A model generated the notes under the pieces. The model saw only the letters and a program-made list of their open reading frames with translations. It was not told the DNA's origin and did not search any database. Positions 63,223 to 64,000 of a stretch of 64,000 nt of DNA are shown in pieces. Source of the stretch: Lama guanicoe (Eukaryota); the NCBI GenBank assembly GCA_013239625.1, contig MU053994.1:4135434-4199433 (forward strand). Direction: 5' to 3'. The translations under genes were made by a program, and so were the position numbers. The stretch's first letter is position 1. Each line of letters opens with the position of its first letter.

Positions 63223-63843
63223 CTACACGTAGGGTGACTGGGTCTCAAGTCCATCAGCGGTGAGGCCTCCATCGGCGTCTTTCGGGGTGGTCTTGTCGCT
63301 GGTGGCATGGCGACTCTCTTCGTGTTCGCCCTCCTCATCTTCACATTGTAGATCTTCGGAAATCAACTGTCTGGCCAATTTGATGTTCAGGCCTTCGGTG
63401 TAGTGAAGTTTCCTTTTCATTTCGAACTGCCGCTGTTTCTCTTGTTTGTCCAGGAAGATTTTGCTGGCGTGCGCCCTATCCCTCTCCGGCTCCCCGACTT
63501 GATAGTTGAGCTCCGAGGTACTGGTGGCGGCCAACTGCTTAGCTAAATTGTCAAGAATCATGGCTTCCTCAGTTTCGAAGTCACTAGCTGCACCTTCCCT
63601 GTCTTCCTGCAGACCGAGCTGCGCAGTGCTGGGCTCGTTCGTCTTCATGAAATCATAGTCTGCGCACTGTGAGTGGTACGTCGCCATGATGCTGGACTCG
63701 TCCCATTTCTGGGACTTCTTTCTTTGTACCTCCGGGAGAGCCCCTCCGGACTGCTGGGCCGTGGCCGCTCCCGACGAGGCCGTGGACCCCTTGTTCTTCA
63801 GGATCCCCTTGATGGGCTGGTGCGAGGTCGTAGAGGTCGCCAT
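63223..63843 (-). CDS. PPP1R2C: Intronless protein phosphatase 1 inhibitor-2 family retrogene (PPP1R2C / inhibitor-4 type), 206 aa
   Basis: Intact ORF from ATG at 63843 in strong Kozak context (agaATGG) to TAG. It has the SILK motif KGILK (63796-63810), the RVxF-like KKSQKW and FEMKRKLHY-x-EGLNIKLARQLIS. QQSGG, WDESSI, KIFLDKQEK and C-terminal GLETQS resemble PPP1R2C more than PPP1R2 (recalled). No introns. Family call is very secure; exact orthology versus a PPP1R2C-like duplicate is less so. Confidence 0.88.
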   Translation of the reverse strand: MATSTTSHQPIKGILKNKGSTASSGAATAQQSGGALPEVQRKKSQKWDESSIMATYHSQCADYDFMKTNEPSTAQLGLQEDREGAASDFETEEAMILDNLAKQLAATSTSELNYQVGEPERDRAHASKIFLDKQEKQRQFEMKRKLHYTEGLNIKLARQLISEDLQCEDEEGEHEESRHATSDKTTPKDADGGLTADGLETQSPYV

Positions 63844-64000
63844 TCTTGGGGAGGGAAGGGTCGCCGCACGAGGGTTGGGACGCCGCAGCCAGCCACCTGC
63901 CTCGCTCCACGTGCTGTGCCCAAGTCCTAAAGGTCCCGCCCCGTGCCACGTAATAAAGTGTGCTGCGGAAGATGCCACAGCGGTCCCCGCTGCCGTCAGC
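63844..64000 (-). promoter_or_regulatory. CpG-rich 5' UTR / proximal promoter of the PPP1R2-family retrogene
   Basis: High GC and CpG density, unlike the rest of the window. GC box CCCGCCCC at 63935-63942, E-box CACGTG at 63908-63913, bZIP-like GCCACGTAA near 63945-63953. Runs off the window edge. Confidence 0.55.

Noticed and set aside
63099..63949. Overlapping ORFs 63099-63344, 63653-63949 and 63673-63930
   Set aside because: Alternative-frame or antisense by-products of the GC-rich CDS.
63844..63978. 45-aa N-terminal extension in the 251-aa ORF-track call
   Set aside because: It starts at GTG. Homology and a strong Kozak ATG begin at 63843, so it is left out of the CDS call.
1..64000. 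Prokaryote-type systems (operons, CRISPR, defence islands)
   Set aside because: The window is mammalian repeat-rich DNA. Apart from the inhibitor-2 retrogene, the short ORFs show no recognisable intact protein.

Overview
Mammalian genomic DNA, repeat-rich and mostly non-coding. Six tRNA-Ala-like SINEs (vic-1 type) and a recurrent lineage-type L1 3' end suggest a camelid (inference from recalled consensus sequences). The only credible coding gene is an intronless protein phosphatase inhibitor-2 retrogene of the PPP1R2C / inhibitor-4 type on the minus strand (63223-63843, 206 aa), in a CpG-rich segment at the window end. It keeps the three PP1-docking motifs but has lost the Thr73-Pro phospho-switch. 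The most unusual structure is a 3.3-kb cassette (15712-19000) inside a MIR, bounded by a 17-bp target-site duplication (TSD). On the minus strand it reads: LTR R-U5 only, tRNA-Arg-like PBS, ERV internal sequence, L1 3' end, poly(A). This fits an L1-retroposed ERV/L1 chimeric RNA. Other notable items are a two-LTR MaLR with a young doubled tail-only insertion, a TSD-flanked orphan insertion ending in a hairpin, several RFX X-boxes (one a perfect palindrome), a CTCF-like site, and a 98-bp Z-DNA-prone tract beside a cluster of minus-strand splice donors. Repeat family names and parent-gene comparisons come from memory and need RepeatMasker/BLAST confirmation. Boundaries of old repeats are approximate.
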